DNA of 63,175 nt, the filler included, from Octopus bimaculoides (lineage: Eukaryota): assembly GCF_001194135.2 (NCBI RefSeq). It is 7 parts of 7 records of this genome, joined end to end, with 100 filler letters (N's around TTAATTAATTAA, not from the genome) between each part and the next. Parts side by side here need not be neighbours in the genome. Positions count along the whole stretch, not along the records: positions 10,759 to 29,681 come from NC_068995.1; 6 more parts are not named here. One strand, 5' to 3'. Below the pieces are notes generated by a model, which had not been told where the DNA came from, did no database searches, and saw only the letters and a program-made list of their open reading frames with translations. A program made the position numbers and the translations under genes. Below are positions 13,741 through 26,736 of the stretch, one piece after another (the first letter of the stretch is position 1; every line of letters begins with the position of its first letter).

Positions 13741-14392
13741 TAACGTTCTTACTCATTTCCGCTGTTTACAGCAGTGCTTGGAAGGAAGGTGTGTAGCGTG
13801 TGATCGTCTCATTGACTATGACATAGAAAGTTTAGCAGAGAATCTGAATCGAATTTTGCCAAAAGCTTGGCGATACCTGTTCAGAGGCCTTCGCAACGTT
13901 TTCAAAAAGTTTTCATCGTTCTCGACGCAATCAAGGAGATCTTGCGCGACTGAAACTCGAGTATTTTATTATTCTTTTTCTGATCAGCTGAAAGCAGTTT
14001 TGGCAGACACGGGTCTCATACTCAAATCTTCAGTGATAATGAACGAAACTGTACCATAACTAATCTGGACATCTTCTGATAACTCACGGATGGTGATTCC
14101 CCTATTTCTTCTCACAGCTGCACGAAGATCTGCGATGTTTTTCTCAGTTCTGCTGGTTGCGGGTCTCCCAGAACGTTCGTCGCTATCGTAATTTTTTCGG
14201 CCATCTTGGAAACGTCTGAACCACACGCACACTTGTGCGTGACACACACACTCCTCTCCATACATTTTCTGCAACTTTGCGTAGGCCTCTGAGCAGGTAT
14301 CGCCATGACAACTTTCTCTGTCATGGTCAATGCGACGATCACACCTTCCTTCCAAGCACTGCTGTAAACAGCGGAAATGAGTTAGAACGTTA
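13741..14392 (-). mobile_element. Mariner transposase remnant (N-terminal HTH region) bounded by about 85-bp inverted repeats
   Basis: SEAYAKLQKMYGEECVCHAQVCVWFRRFQDGRKNYDSDERSGRPATS...ITIRELSEDVQISYGTVSFIITEDLSMRPVSAK is a mariner-type HTH; inverted repeats at 13741-13829 / 14309-14392. Confidence 0.85.
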
Positions 14393-17300
14393 GTTTTCTA
14401 GAATCACACGGCAGAATACTTTCATGTTGTCGTTCTCCGAGGCCAATGAGAGGATTTTCACCGCAGCATTGCGAATCTAACGAAACATTTGGGTTTGTTT
14501 AATAATTATTCAAGTTTGTTTGCAGCAATGAAATGAACTTTTGGCATCCACTTCTCGCTCCCTAGTACTTCATAAATCGTTTGAATCATNNNNNNNNNNN
14601 NNNNNNNNNNNNNNNNNNNNNNNNNNNNNNNNNNNNNNNNNNNNNNNNNNNNNNNNNNNNNNNNNNNNNNNNNNNNNNNNNNNNNNNNNNNNNNNNNNNN
14701 NNNNNNNNNNNNNNNNNNNNNNNNNNNNNNNNNNNNNNNNNNNNNNNNNNNNNNNNNNNNNNNNNNNNNNNNNNNNNNNNNNNNNNNNNNNNNNNNNNNN
14801 NNNNNNNNNNNNNNNNNNNNNNNNTTCTTCTTCTTCTTCTTCTTCTTCTTCTTCTTCTTCTTCTTCTTCTTCTTCTTCTTCTTCAATAAAAAAAAGCCCC
14901 ACAATCCACGCAATCAATTTTCAATACAAAACTTAATCGATGCAAAGAAAAATCAATATAATCGAGACAATCAATACAAATAACAATACAAACGAAATGA
15001 TAATCGATAAAACTGATATTCGATAGCAATTATGACAAAATCAGTGATAGACGTATCAGCAGCGACGCGTCGCGGGACTCTGAAAAAAAATGTCTTCTTT
15101 TATTATCATGTTATAAAATATTTACTATAACAGTTTACCTCAAACTAAAATAGATGAAGCACTCAAAAGAAAAGAAAAAAGGATTATTAAATTAAATATT
15201 AAATTTCGGAACTCCAGAATAAAAGTGGTTCGCCGTCACCGATCTATACAAACGGCAATCGATATAGATGATAATCGATAAAAATGACAAGCAATGAAGG
15301 TCTATGCAAATCGTAATCAATAGAAAGGATCATTGATACAAAGAACAACAGTTATGATTTCTTTTTGTTGGGTGGATTTGTGGTGAAATAAGGGTAAATC
15401 TCTGGTTTACTGATTTAGGACGTTCATTCATTGGCATAACAGAAGTCATTAGCGTCAGAAGTTGGATAGAATGGAATTTATAACATTCATGCCTTTCCCA
15501 GTTACATTAACAGAGTAAGCGAAGCAGCTACAACTGGAAATCGTCCATGCTTTATAAATTTGTGGTAAAATAAGGGTAAATCTCTGGCTTACTGATTTAG
15601 GACATTCATTCATTGGCGTAACAGAGTAAGCGAAGTAGCTACAACTGGAAATCGTCCATGCTTTATAAAGTCGCTTCATTATAAACTTATGATTTCTACT
15701 ACTGTTTTCAAATATACTATTTATAACTAATACAAAAGAAGTAAAACAGTACAATATACTTTATGCTGGGGGAAGGAGAGAATAAGGAAAATCCAACGTT
15801 TCGGATCAAAACCCTTCGTCAGAAAAGGTTCTGGCGTCGTAGTTTACTGTTGGTGAGGGATAGAGTTAAAGAAGTGTGAGAATGAATAGAAAATTATTAA
15901 AACAATAGTTAGAGAGATTGAGTGGGAGATAAGGGAAAAGGATGGGGAAGGAACAAATAAAACAAGTGCTAGGAGAAAGGGAAAAGGCTCCTGTTGTTGT
16001 ACCTGCCAGCCTTCTTCTGGTGCATGTCATTTTTCGTAACATTCTCCAAAATTTCGAGTATATCGTTATCGTTCTGCTATTTATAAGGAGATTCTCCGAT
16101 CTGTTATACTTATGATGTCCCGCTTTTTCTTCTTGTTTCCACTGGAACCAGAAAGTATATTCAACTGATTACATGTCAAACGTTGAGTGAAGAACTCTAA
16201 TTAATTGCATATGATCTCCAGACAAAACCACTCGATATGCCAATCACTATTTCTCTGCTCAGTCACACTGTATTTGTGTCCTCTCCTCTACATCCTATTT
16301 CCCAATGCAATGTTAGCAGGATTTTAATATTCAGGTATTCCCTTCTCCATTGCACGTTTCTGACGTCGACAGATACATCTTCACCAACTCTAACCCAGAC
16401 CCTAACAACAGTAATTTTCATTTGTTGCTCCACAAGATATTGCCCTCTGAGGTCCAACTCATCATTACATAATTTCAAATCAAACTTGCAAAACTATGCA
16501 GTCATATGACATGCATCTCTTATTCCCATATCTTTCTATCTGCAGTTACAAAACCATTTCTTATATCAGCTAATTGCCAGGATTTTGCACTTCACAGTGG
16601 CAAATTTTAAGATAGAGTTCATTCTTATATATTATCGTCATCATTTTTATTTTGCTGTGTGTGGTCTCTATTTAATTCCGTTTTGTGCCTGGGTATGATT
16701 ACATCTGATAGTGAGTATGCATGCGCGCTTATGTGTGCGATGTGTGTGTGTACGAGGGAGTGCGATGTGTGTGTGTACGAGGGAGTGCGTGTGTCCACGT
16801 GTGATTATTTCTATCTCTATGTTTATGTGCGTGTGAATATATCTGTAAGTGCGTTTGTGTGTGAATATTTATAATACTTAGAATATACATATGTATTCAT
16901 ATGTGTGTGTGTGTGTGTTTGAGTGTGTATGTATATATGCTTATATATATGTGTGTGTTTGTATCTATATATACATATAGATATACGTATGCATTATATA
17001 CATATATATATATACACACATATATATACATATATATATACATATATATACACAAACAAACAAATATATGTGTGTGAGTGTGTGAGTGTGTATGTATGTA
17101 TGTTTATATATATATATGTGTGTGTGCGTATCTATATATATACATTCATATATGTATATGTATACATTATATACATATATATATACACGCATATATATAT
17201 ATATNNNNNNNNNNGTGTGTGTGTGCATGTGTGTGTGTGTGCGTGCGTCCGCGTGTGTGTGTGACTGCAGTTGTGTCATATTCTTTATTTGTTTTGCTGT

Positions 17301-17923
17301 TCTCATTCAATTTCTTTATCTGTAAGCCTGTTTCAAAATAGATCTCCCCTGAAATAATTCGCCGACAATGTAGTCGCTACAGCCATTGTACCAACTTGCA
17401 AGACCCAGCTGAGTAAACTCACCCTTTTTCCGATATTAATACATTCATATTACACCACTACAGCCTATTCCGTCTCTTGCTTGTTTCCCCTGTTTTTTTT
17501 TTGCTTCCTTTTTTCTTTGCATATTGTTATGATTATTCATTTTATTTTATTCTCTAATTTATATTTTCGCCACCCCCCAACAGCGAGCGCTTTTAAGCTC
17601 TTATTGTCGATATCAGCAAACAAGAATTCACGGGCAAATCTGAGCTTGAGTAAGTCTCCTGCAATAATGAATAAAACAAGAAAAATGAATTAAAAATAAT
17701 TAATAAAAATACATTCTCGCATGATTTATACATATGATTATATTTATTTATGTATGTATGTTTTTATGTCTGTATATATGCATGTGTTTATATATTTATA
17801 AATATATTTGTGAATGCCTGTATTTATACATGCATATGAACGTCCATATATGCATATATGTGTGTATATAGATAAGTGTACTTCCGTGTGTTGATAGTAT
17901 GTATTGTGTGTGAGTGTATTCGT

Positions 17924-17954
<31 letters not shown>

Positions 17955-18029
17955 CATATATATACATATATATACACACACACATATATATATATATATA
18001 TACATAGATACACACACACACACAGACAG

Positions 18030-18064
<35 letters not shown>

Positions 18065-18959
18065 CATATATACATATATGCATATATATACATATAAATG
18101 AACGTTCAAAATAAAAGAGAAGTGAATGAAACTCCGTCGGTCTGGACGGAGATTGTTCAGTTGTTTGATTAACAGAATTGACTACTTACGTAACCGCGCA
18201 TGCTCAGACAAAGGAGGATTTAAAAAAAATTATATTGAAGTCAAATTTAATAAATTGAGAATGTGCATCGTAGGGATAGCGTGTTTCGTAGCGGTAGCAG
18301 CATTGGTGGTGGTTTTGGTTGTGGTGGTGGTGGTGGTGGTGGTGTGGATAATGGTGGTGATAGTAGTGTTGTTGTCGGCAGTGGTGGTCTGTAGTGTGGT
18401 AGTGTGAAATGTGGTGAGTATAGTGTAGTAAGTGTGTGGTGATGTGGTGCTTTAGACTGATAGTCATTAGTGAGGTTACATGTTTAACTCTACAGATTTC
18501 GCTATAGAAATTATACATGATTTGTTACGTCATTTTGCATTCAAATAGTCTAATGTAAACAACAATGCAATCAAAGATAGAAAAATAAGTAATGGGTATA
18601 TATGCATATTTCAGGACTTCTTGCTTCTTCTTCAGTATCATATCTATAGTTTCTAATTGAAAGTCTGTAGAGATAACATTAACATGTGATTTAATAGCAC
18701 TGCTAACACAATAGAACGCAGTATTGACTAATAGAGCTTTTAATACACTTTGTAATATTCTATAGTTGCATAACAAAATACAGTGTCCGTACATTTAATT
18801 AATTAGTGAGATTGTCTCAATGTGATAGTGCATAGTGTTGAGGTCTGCAGTGAGATATCGTTTTGCGCTGAACTTCCAATTTCTACTCAAGTTATTGTGA
18901 TGCTGTCGCAATACATGGTACTTAAGTAATTTTATTTTCCGTCTGTCGTGGTTGTGTGC

Positions 18960-19155
18960 CTGAGATCGGATCCTTTTTAACGATTTGTCTGCCCACTCAT
19001 TGCAGTTATTTGTCCATGTTTTCCTCTGTCACCTTTCTTTGCTTACCTTCCACGGTTACTTGAAGAATGGTTTGGATCTTCTTATATGGCCATATCATAT
19101 CAGAGTTCTTATCTTCATAGCCATGAGAAGATCTTCATAAGAGCCATTCTGTAAA
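18960..19155 (-). mobile_element. RTE-clade LINE C-terminal remnant
   Basis: Minus strand, with frameshifts, resembles GSYEDLL..K.R.L.WYGHI.RS..TILQ.TVEG, the typical RTE ORF C-terminus. Confidence 0.55.
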
Positions 19156-19458
19156 AAAAAAAAAAAAAACAGGAAGCAATAGTCATAACATTTACAGAAC
19201 CTTCAGATATCGTGGTTGATGTTTATTGCGAAGTTTCGAATGGCAGGGGACAAGATAAAGACACGTGAGTCTTCTAGGTGGACTGGAATGGAGGAGATGA
19301 ATAGTTAAATGAGTCTGGGGACCAAACACAGTAGTAGTAGCAGTAGAAAATTAGAGCGAGCAAGCAGAGTTTGGGAGGTCGATTTCGGAGTTTTGGTGAG
19401 TGGTACTCTATTTTTTAGTCCGATCGTTTTATTTGGATGGCGTCTTATACGTCTGCGC

Positions 19459-19549
<91 letters not shown>

Positions 19550-19769
19550 TTCTTGATGATGTAGGAGTAGTACTTCATTTTGTTTGGTGTGGCTTTTTGC
19601 GTGGTATAGTGCGGAATTATATGGTGGTTTGGGTGGTATGGTATGGTGTGGGGTTTGAAGAGCAATGGGGTGGCTGGTGGGTTGTGTGGCTTGATGTGTG
19701 CTGGAGTAGAATAGTGTGATGTGATATATGTATGTATACATACATACATACATAAAAATCTTTTCAAGA

Positions 19770-20060
19770 AACTTTTACATTGGTGAGAAACAGCTGGATT
19801 TAGTAACAGCATTTTCTGCTGCTATAGGGATGGAATTTGGCCAAAAGAAATGTTCATATTTGACAGCTGAATGCAGAAAAAACTTTTTCCCAGACCGCAA
19901 ATCCTTTACATCAATGATCTTTCTATCTCCCCTGCTCCACACAGTGAGTATTACAAATACCTTGACATTGATGAAAATATCATACAAAGATGATGTGAAC
20001 AGAATGACGGGAAAATATTGGACCATACTTTAAAAATATGGAAGCCAGAGATTTCTTAGA
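19770..20060 (+). mobile_element. R4/Dong-like RT fragment
   Basis: KQLDLVTAFSAAIGMEFGQKKCSYL followed in another frame by YYKYLDIDENI; homologous to the 7936-8505 region. Confidence 0.6.
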
Positions 20061-20829
20061 AGAGACGATATCCTACAAGCATTTGCTGAACCAGTACTGA
20101 TTTTTTTTTTTATCTTTTAGCTTTTACCTGTATTATTCAGTGGACTGCGGCCATACTGGGGCACAACCTTGCAGGATTTAACCGAACATATCGACCCAAG
20201 GGCTTTTTTTAAACTCTGGTACTTTCTCTCTCCTTCTCTTTCCCTCTCTCTTAATTTGATGAACCACTAAGTTACAGGGATGTAATCAAACCAATACCAA
20301 TTGTCAAACAGTGCCAGAAACAAATACAAACATGGGCACAAAAACGCGGAGACGTATACGCATATACGACGAGCTTCCGCACAGTTTCTGTCTACCGATT
20401 CATTTACAAAGCATTGATCGACCTGCAGTTCTAGTAAGAAACACTTGCCCAAAGTGCTGCGCCGTGGAACTGAAATCGAGCCATTTGGTTGCAAAACCAC
20501 ATTGCCATACCTGCATCATCGCAACATTTGAGATTCTTGACTAGTCTGTAGAGGAAATCCGCTCGACAAATATTTTAACTCATCTACAAATTAAATAATT
20601 GTTTTCGATGTTTAAAATCAAGACAGATGACATAACTAACTACTGGCATATGTTACTTGATGAGAAAAGTTTACATGATGAGGCTGACCGCTATTCCAAC
20701 ACTACGGTGTCCAGTGTAAAAGATTTACGATTGATAGTTTAACATATGCATACATAATACATAAATACATTCATACATACATATATACATACATACACAT
20801 AACTATATAGAAATACATACACACTTAGA

Positions 20830-21223
20830 TGTTGTTGTTGTTGTTGGCACACCGTCGCTTACGACGTAGAGGGTTACAATCGATCCAACCAACGGAACAG
20901 CCTGCTCGTGAAATTAACGTGCAAGTGGCTGAGCACTCCACAGACAAGTGTACTCTCAACGTAGTTCTCAGGGGTATTCAGCGTGACACAGTGTGACAAG
21001 GCTGACCCTTTGAATTACAGGCACAGCAGAAACAGGAAGTAAGAGTGAGAGAAAGTTGTGGTGAAAGAGTACAGCAGAGTTCGCCACCATCTCCTGCCGG
21101 AGCCTCGTGGAGCTTTTAGGTGTTTTCGCTCAATAAACACTCACAACGCCCGGTCTGGGAATCGAAACCGCGATCCTATGACCGCGAGTCCGCTGCCCTA
21201 GCCACTGGGCCATTGCGCCTCCA
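20830..21223 (-). mobile_element. tRNA-derived SINE, family D, full length
   Basis: Head TGGCCCAGTGGCTAGGGCAGCGG...GTTTCGATTCCCAGACC with A/B-box-like motifs and a (CAA)n tail; five copies in the window. Confidence 0.9.
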
Positions 21224-22030
21224 CACACACTTAGATACATTTACAAATACATACATGCATACATATACATACAGGCATATACAAACACTCACACACATAC
21301 ATACATACATATTTAAACAAGCGCATATGCATAGACACATACCAAGGAATAACGATTAAAGTGTAAAATGTAAAAATGACAAGAAGACTGTTAATTATTG
21401 TTTTAATTAAACATTAATATTTAATATCTTTGATATATTTAATCAACTATTAACTTGTTTATCATGTCAATCAAAGATAACTTTTTAGATTAACTTCACT
21501 AGTTTCGTCATAGCAACTAAATATTCACAAAGACATCTGACAATTTTAATATTCCACTGATAGTAAGAATTAAGCCATCATTTTTCACAAGTTCTTTTGT
21601 CAATTCTCTGTAATCTAAATATTGATTTCTAACACAGGCACAAAAACGTGGTTGGTTGGGGTAGAAAGAAGAGCGGGTGGCCAGAAGAATTTGATTTATT
21701 TCCAAATTTGAGTTCTTCACTGTTAACCGCAGTTATTTAAATCACATTCTAGAAGGTAGCAAATGAAAGAAATGACGACACCCAGTTAGGAAAGATTTAA
21801 ATTCAGAACGTAAAGTGAAGGAAGTAAATATACGGCAAAACTATCGATTCAGTAACGGCACCCGATTGATATTCATTCCACTGTCTTGGATGATAGCAGA
21901 GTGAATATGAAGGAAAATGAGAAGACTGAGAAATATATGTAATTTTGGTAAATATATCAATTAAAATGATATGTCAGTGTTACTTTCATTTTTGCATAAT
22001 TTAGACGACAGTATAGTCACCGGCACCCTG

Positions 22031-22107
<77 letters not shown>

Positions 22108-22817
22108 TCTTTTTATTCTTTTTAATGGATTGTGTCATTTGACTACGGCCATGCTGGACCATCACCTTTATGCGAACAAAACGACCCCAGGACTCATTCT
22201 TTGTTAAGCCTGGTACGTATTCTATCGGTCTCTTTTGCCGAACCGCTAAGTTTCGGGGACGTGAACTCATACAACAAGCGACGGGCTTTTTTCAGCTTCC
22301 TTCAACCAAATCCACTCACAAGGCTTTGGTTGGCCCGAAACTATAGTAGAAGACATAGTTCCGGGTTCAATCCTACAGCGTGGCACCTTAGGCAAGTGTC
22401 TTCTAGTATAGCCTCAGGCCGACCAAAGCCTTGTGAGTGGATTTAGTAGACGTAAGCTGAAAAAAGCCATTAGTGGTCTAGGCTGTTGCACTCACGATTG
22501 CTGGATCGTGGGTTCGATTCTCTGATTGGGTGGTGCGTGGTGTTCTAGAGCAAAATGTTTCATTTCACGTCGCTCCAGTTCCCTTTTCAAGGTGGAATGT
22601 TGGCCCGCTCACCTTGCGAGCGGGATGACGTCATTTGAAGGATAAACACATGATCACGTGATTAATATATGTGTGTATGTGTGTATATGTATATATGTGT
22701 GTGTGTATTTGTACGCATGTATGTATGTAGAATCTACGAAAAAAACAACAACAGACGAGGACAGTTGGTGTAAACAACAAAAGGATGTATTAGTTTAACG
22801 CTCGGGAATAGAGAAAG

Positions 22818-22854
22818 TCTTTAACGTTTCGAGCTACGCTCTTCAACAGAAAGA
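22818..22854 (-). ncRNA. Minimal hammerhead-ribozyme-like motif at a Penelope-like element end (core variant)
   Basis: UCUUU-CUGUUGA-A-GAGC(GUA)GCUC-GAAAC-GUU-AAAGA: 5-bp stem I, 4-bp stem II, palindromic ACGU stem III; A6 is replaced by U. Confidence 0.5.
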
Positions 22855-22928
22855 AACAAGGAGAAAACAAGGAGAAAAACACGGAGAAAAAAAAATTGAA
22901 TGTTGTGGTATGTATGTATGTATGTATT

Positions 22929-23249
22929 ATGGCCCAGTGGTTAGGGCAGCGGACTCGCGGTCATATGATCGCGGTTTCGATTCCCAGACCGGGCGTTGTG
23001 AGTGTTTATTGAGCGAAAACACCTAAAGCTCCACGAGGCTCCGGCAGGGGATGGTGGCGAACCCTGCTGTACTCTTTCACCACAACTTTCTCTCACTCTT
23101 ACTTCCTGTTTCTGTGCCTGTAATTCAAAGGGTCAGCCTTGTCACACTCTGTCACGCTGAATATCCCCGAGAACTACGTTAAAGGTACACGTGTCTGTGG
23201 AGTGCCCAGCCACTTGCAAGTTAATTTCACGAGCAGGCTGTTCCGTTGG
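22929..23249 (+). mobile_element. SINE family D, cut by a gap; part of a probable assembly duplicate
   Basis: Same sequence as 23476-23796. Confidence 0.85.
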
Positions 23250-23475
23250 NNNNNNNNNNNNNNNNNNNNNNNNNNNNNNNNNNNGAAAAAAACAACAACA
23301 GACGAGGACAGTTGGTGTAAACAACAAAAGGATGTATTAGTTTAACGCTCGGGAATAGAGAAAGTCTTTAACGTTTCGAGCTACGCTCTTCAACAGAAAG
23401 AAACAAGGAGAAAACAAGGAGAAAAACACGGAGAAAAAAAAATTGAATGTTGTGGTATGTATGTATGTATGTATT

Positions 23476-23845
23476 ATGGCCCAGTGGTTAGGGCAGCGGA
23501 CTCGCGGTCATATGATCGCGGTTTCGATTCCCAGACCGGGCGTTGTGAGTGTTTATTGAGCGAAAACACCTAAAGCTCCACGAGGCTCCGGCAGGGGATG
23601 GTGGCGAACCCTGCTGTACTCTTTCACCACAACTTTCTCTCACTCTTACTTCCTGTTTCTGTGCCTGTAATTCAAAGGGTCAGCCTTGTCACACTCTGTC
23701 ACGCTGAATATCCCCGAGAACTACGTTAAAGGTACACGTGTCTGTGGAGTGCCCAGCCACTTGCAAGTTAATTTCACGAGCAGGCTGTTCCGTTGGTTGG
23801 ATCGATTGTAACCCTCGTCGTCGTAAGCGACGTAGTGCCAGCAAC
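23476..23845 (+). mobile_element. tRNA-derived SINE, family D
   Basis: ATGGCCCAGTGGTTAGGGCAGCGGACTCGCGG...CGTAAGCGACGTAGTGCCAGCAAC. Confidence 0.9.
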
Positions 23846-24707
23846 ATGTATGTATGTATGTATGTAAGTATGTATGTATATATGTATGAATGTATGTATG
23901 TATGTATGTATGTATGTATGTATGTATATGTTTGTGTGTCTTTGTGTCTGTGCTTGTCCTTCACCACCGCTTGACAACCGCTGCCGGTGTGTTTACGTAA
24001 CTTAGCGGTTCGGCAAAAGAGCCCGAGAGAATAAATACCATGCTGAAAAAGAAAATAAGTACTTTGGTTGATCCCTTCAACATTGTTCAAAGCGGTGCCC
24101 TCACATGGCCGCAGTCTAGTGACTGAAAAAAGTAAAAGATAAAAGATGGGTATACACAGATGCATATGTAAGTGTGTATACATGTGTATACATGTGTATT
24201 CTTATATACACTCACACACTCACACAATCCAACACAGACTCCCACTCAGTGTATATAATTGCAAAGAAACAGTTGAAGCAGGAAGGTGTTCGGAATTGGA
24301 GTCATTTGCCGTTATAATCTCAATTCTGGTTATTAATTTATTTAAAGACCATCGCAGTAAAACGACCATGACGGAGGAAAACATTAATGGTTTATGCAAA
24401 ATGTAAATCACATCTCACTGTCATCATCATCATCATCATCACCACCATCCTTGGCGTCGTCGTCGTCGTCGTCGTCGTCGTCATCGTCGTCGGCGTCATC
24501 GTCTTCATTATCATGATCAGCAGCACCACCACCAAGATTTCCATCGTCCTCAATATAACCATCAACACCACTGCCATAAATAAACTGCAAACGGTTTCAT
24601 AATAGTTTGAACGATCAGTCCCCCCAAAAAAGCTCCGATGCGTGTTCGTCCATGCGAAAGTATGAAGATGTGCATGTATGTAAGTATTTGTGTAGCTGTG
24701 TGTGCGT

Positions 24708-24786
<79 letters not shown>

Positions 24787-25423
24787 TGAGTGTATATGGA
24801 TGTATGTGTAGACGTGTGAGCAGATGTGTTTCCCTATGAATGTGAATACGTACGAAATGAATTTGGATTAGTGCCACCCAAAACTATGATAGTCTGCAAA
24901 CATTTCTTCAAGCAAGATTTTTATATCTGCGAGGATGGGATGAAGAGATTAAGAAGAAATTTAACTAAACGCAGATTCTGTTACCTCTTTCTGATATCCA
25001 AGAAAGAGAACGATACCGAATTTCCAGAGAATATCGTGACTACGTAAAGCTACACTGTAATAAAATTGGCAGTGAATGAAATGGTCAAAAACTTTAAATT
25101 CGTGGATAGTTCTTGCGGGTTTATCGATGCTAGTGTCAAAGAATCGGCTATCGAACATGCTTGGGGCAGTTTCCGCGATGAACTTATATCTTTGTTACAT
25201 AGCAAGGCTGTCTTCGAGGATTGATAATTGGTCGTGATGGCTGTAAAACATGTCTGGGAGCAAAACATGTCGAATGAATACTTCACTCTTCATCCTTGAT
25301 TGTTCTGCTTCATCTAATACATATTCATACGTTTGTAGGTAGACACAAATACACACGTACACCTATACACATATACATATATACATGAGTCTATTCATAT
25401 GGATATAGATTCGTAAAAGTACA

Positions 25424-25481
<58 letters not shown>

Positions 25482-25917
25482 ACTCATATACATATATCTA
25501 TTATCTTTTACATATTTCAGTCATTAGATCGTGGCTATGCTGGGGCATTGCCTTGAAGTATTTTTACTCGAATGAATCGACCCCCACTGCTTATTTTTTA
25601 AGCCTGGTGCTTTTTGCCGAACCACTAAGTTACGAGGACATAAACAAACGAACACCTGTTGTCAAGCGGTAGTGGGAGGACAAACTCTGACACATAGGCA
25701 CGCATACATACACACACACACAGGCATACATACATATATATATATACAATCTTTTCTACTCTAGGCAAAACGCCCGAAATTTTTGCGGAGGGGACCAGTC
25801 GATTAGGTCGCCTCCAGTACGCAACTGGTATTTAATTTATCGACCCCGAAAGGATGAAAGGAAGCATAGGAAAATATTAGATTTATAAACCCTAAAATTC
25901 ACTCTATAATTGTCCAC

Positions 25918-26185
25918 GGGCATATGGCGTAGTGGTTCAGAACGCGGGTTACTAACCCCAAGATTCCGAGTTCGATTCCAGGCAAGGACCTGAATAATAA
26001 TAATAATAATAATAATAACATCGAATAATACGATAGGAATGAGAACCCAAGTTCGAAATTTCCCCCAAGACACCTAATGGAGGGTATATCAGCCGAAGCG
26101 TTGTGTTAACAACAAACAAGATGAGGACAAGATGTAAATAATGTAGATAATGTAATAGTTCCTCATCTCTTAAATATAGAACTGT
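25918..26185 (+). mobile_element. tRNA-headed short element with an (AAT)n spacer and a hammerhead-like remnant
   Basis: A-box TGGCGTAGTGG and B-box GTTCGATTCC, then (AAT)n, then GACAC...CAGCCGAAGCGTTGTGTT. Confidence 0.55.
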
Positions 26186-26702
26186 ATGTCTATGTTGGAG
26201 TTATAACTTGCATTGGGATCGAGATGAGGCGCGTTATGTTTATAGTGATATCTGCTAATAATGCCCTTGTCGTGCAGGCTGTGTAATATATATTACATAG
26301 CTGCTTTTCATTAGAACCGATTATAAAAGCAATACACAGAAATAACTGGTTTAATACGAAACATTTAGTAATGAACAGGATGGGTTGTGTTCAAAGTTAG
26401 AAATTTTATCAAGAAAAACGAAACAGAAAGAAAAAAGCAAAACAAAATAATAAAGAAAAGAAGGTGCTTATCTCCGTTGCTACCTTAAAGATAGAATCAA
26501 TTAAGTGCACAGCAAACCTCAGCATTGCGGATTTTCTGGGGGTTTTTCTTCTCAAAAGAGTTTCCTGGAGGGATATTCCACTTTTGCATCAGGCGCAGTC
26601 TTTAGAAATGCTTCTCGAGGTACACGCCCAAATTATCTTATCCTTATTCCCTTCCAAGATATATATATATACGTATGTACGTGTATACATATATATGCAT
26701 GT

Positions 26703-26736
<34 letters not shown>

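Noticed and set aside
22738-23796. 512-bp direct duplication (offset 547) as a recent tandem duplication
   Set aside because: The copies look identical and sit on either side of a 35-N gap, the usual signature of unmerged overlapping contig ends; the second hammerhead-like copy (23365-23401) is therefore not counted.
24890-24960. THAP-like VCKHFFKQDFY motif
   Set aside because: Only a few residues match, spacing is off by one, and the N-terminal Cys motif is absent.
25918-25992. Functional tRNA gene
   Set aside because: Anticodon and acceptor stems do not pair properly, and it runs into (AAT)n; treated as a SINE head.
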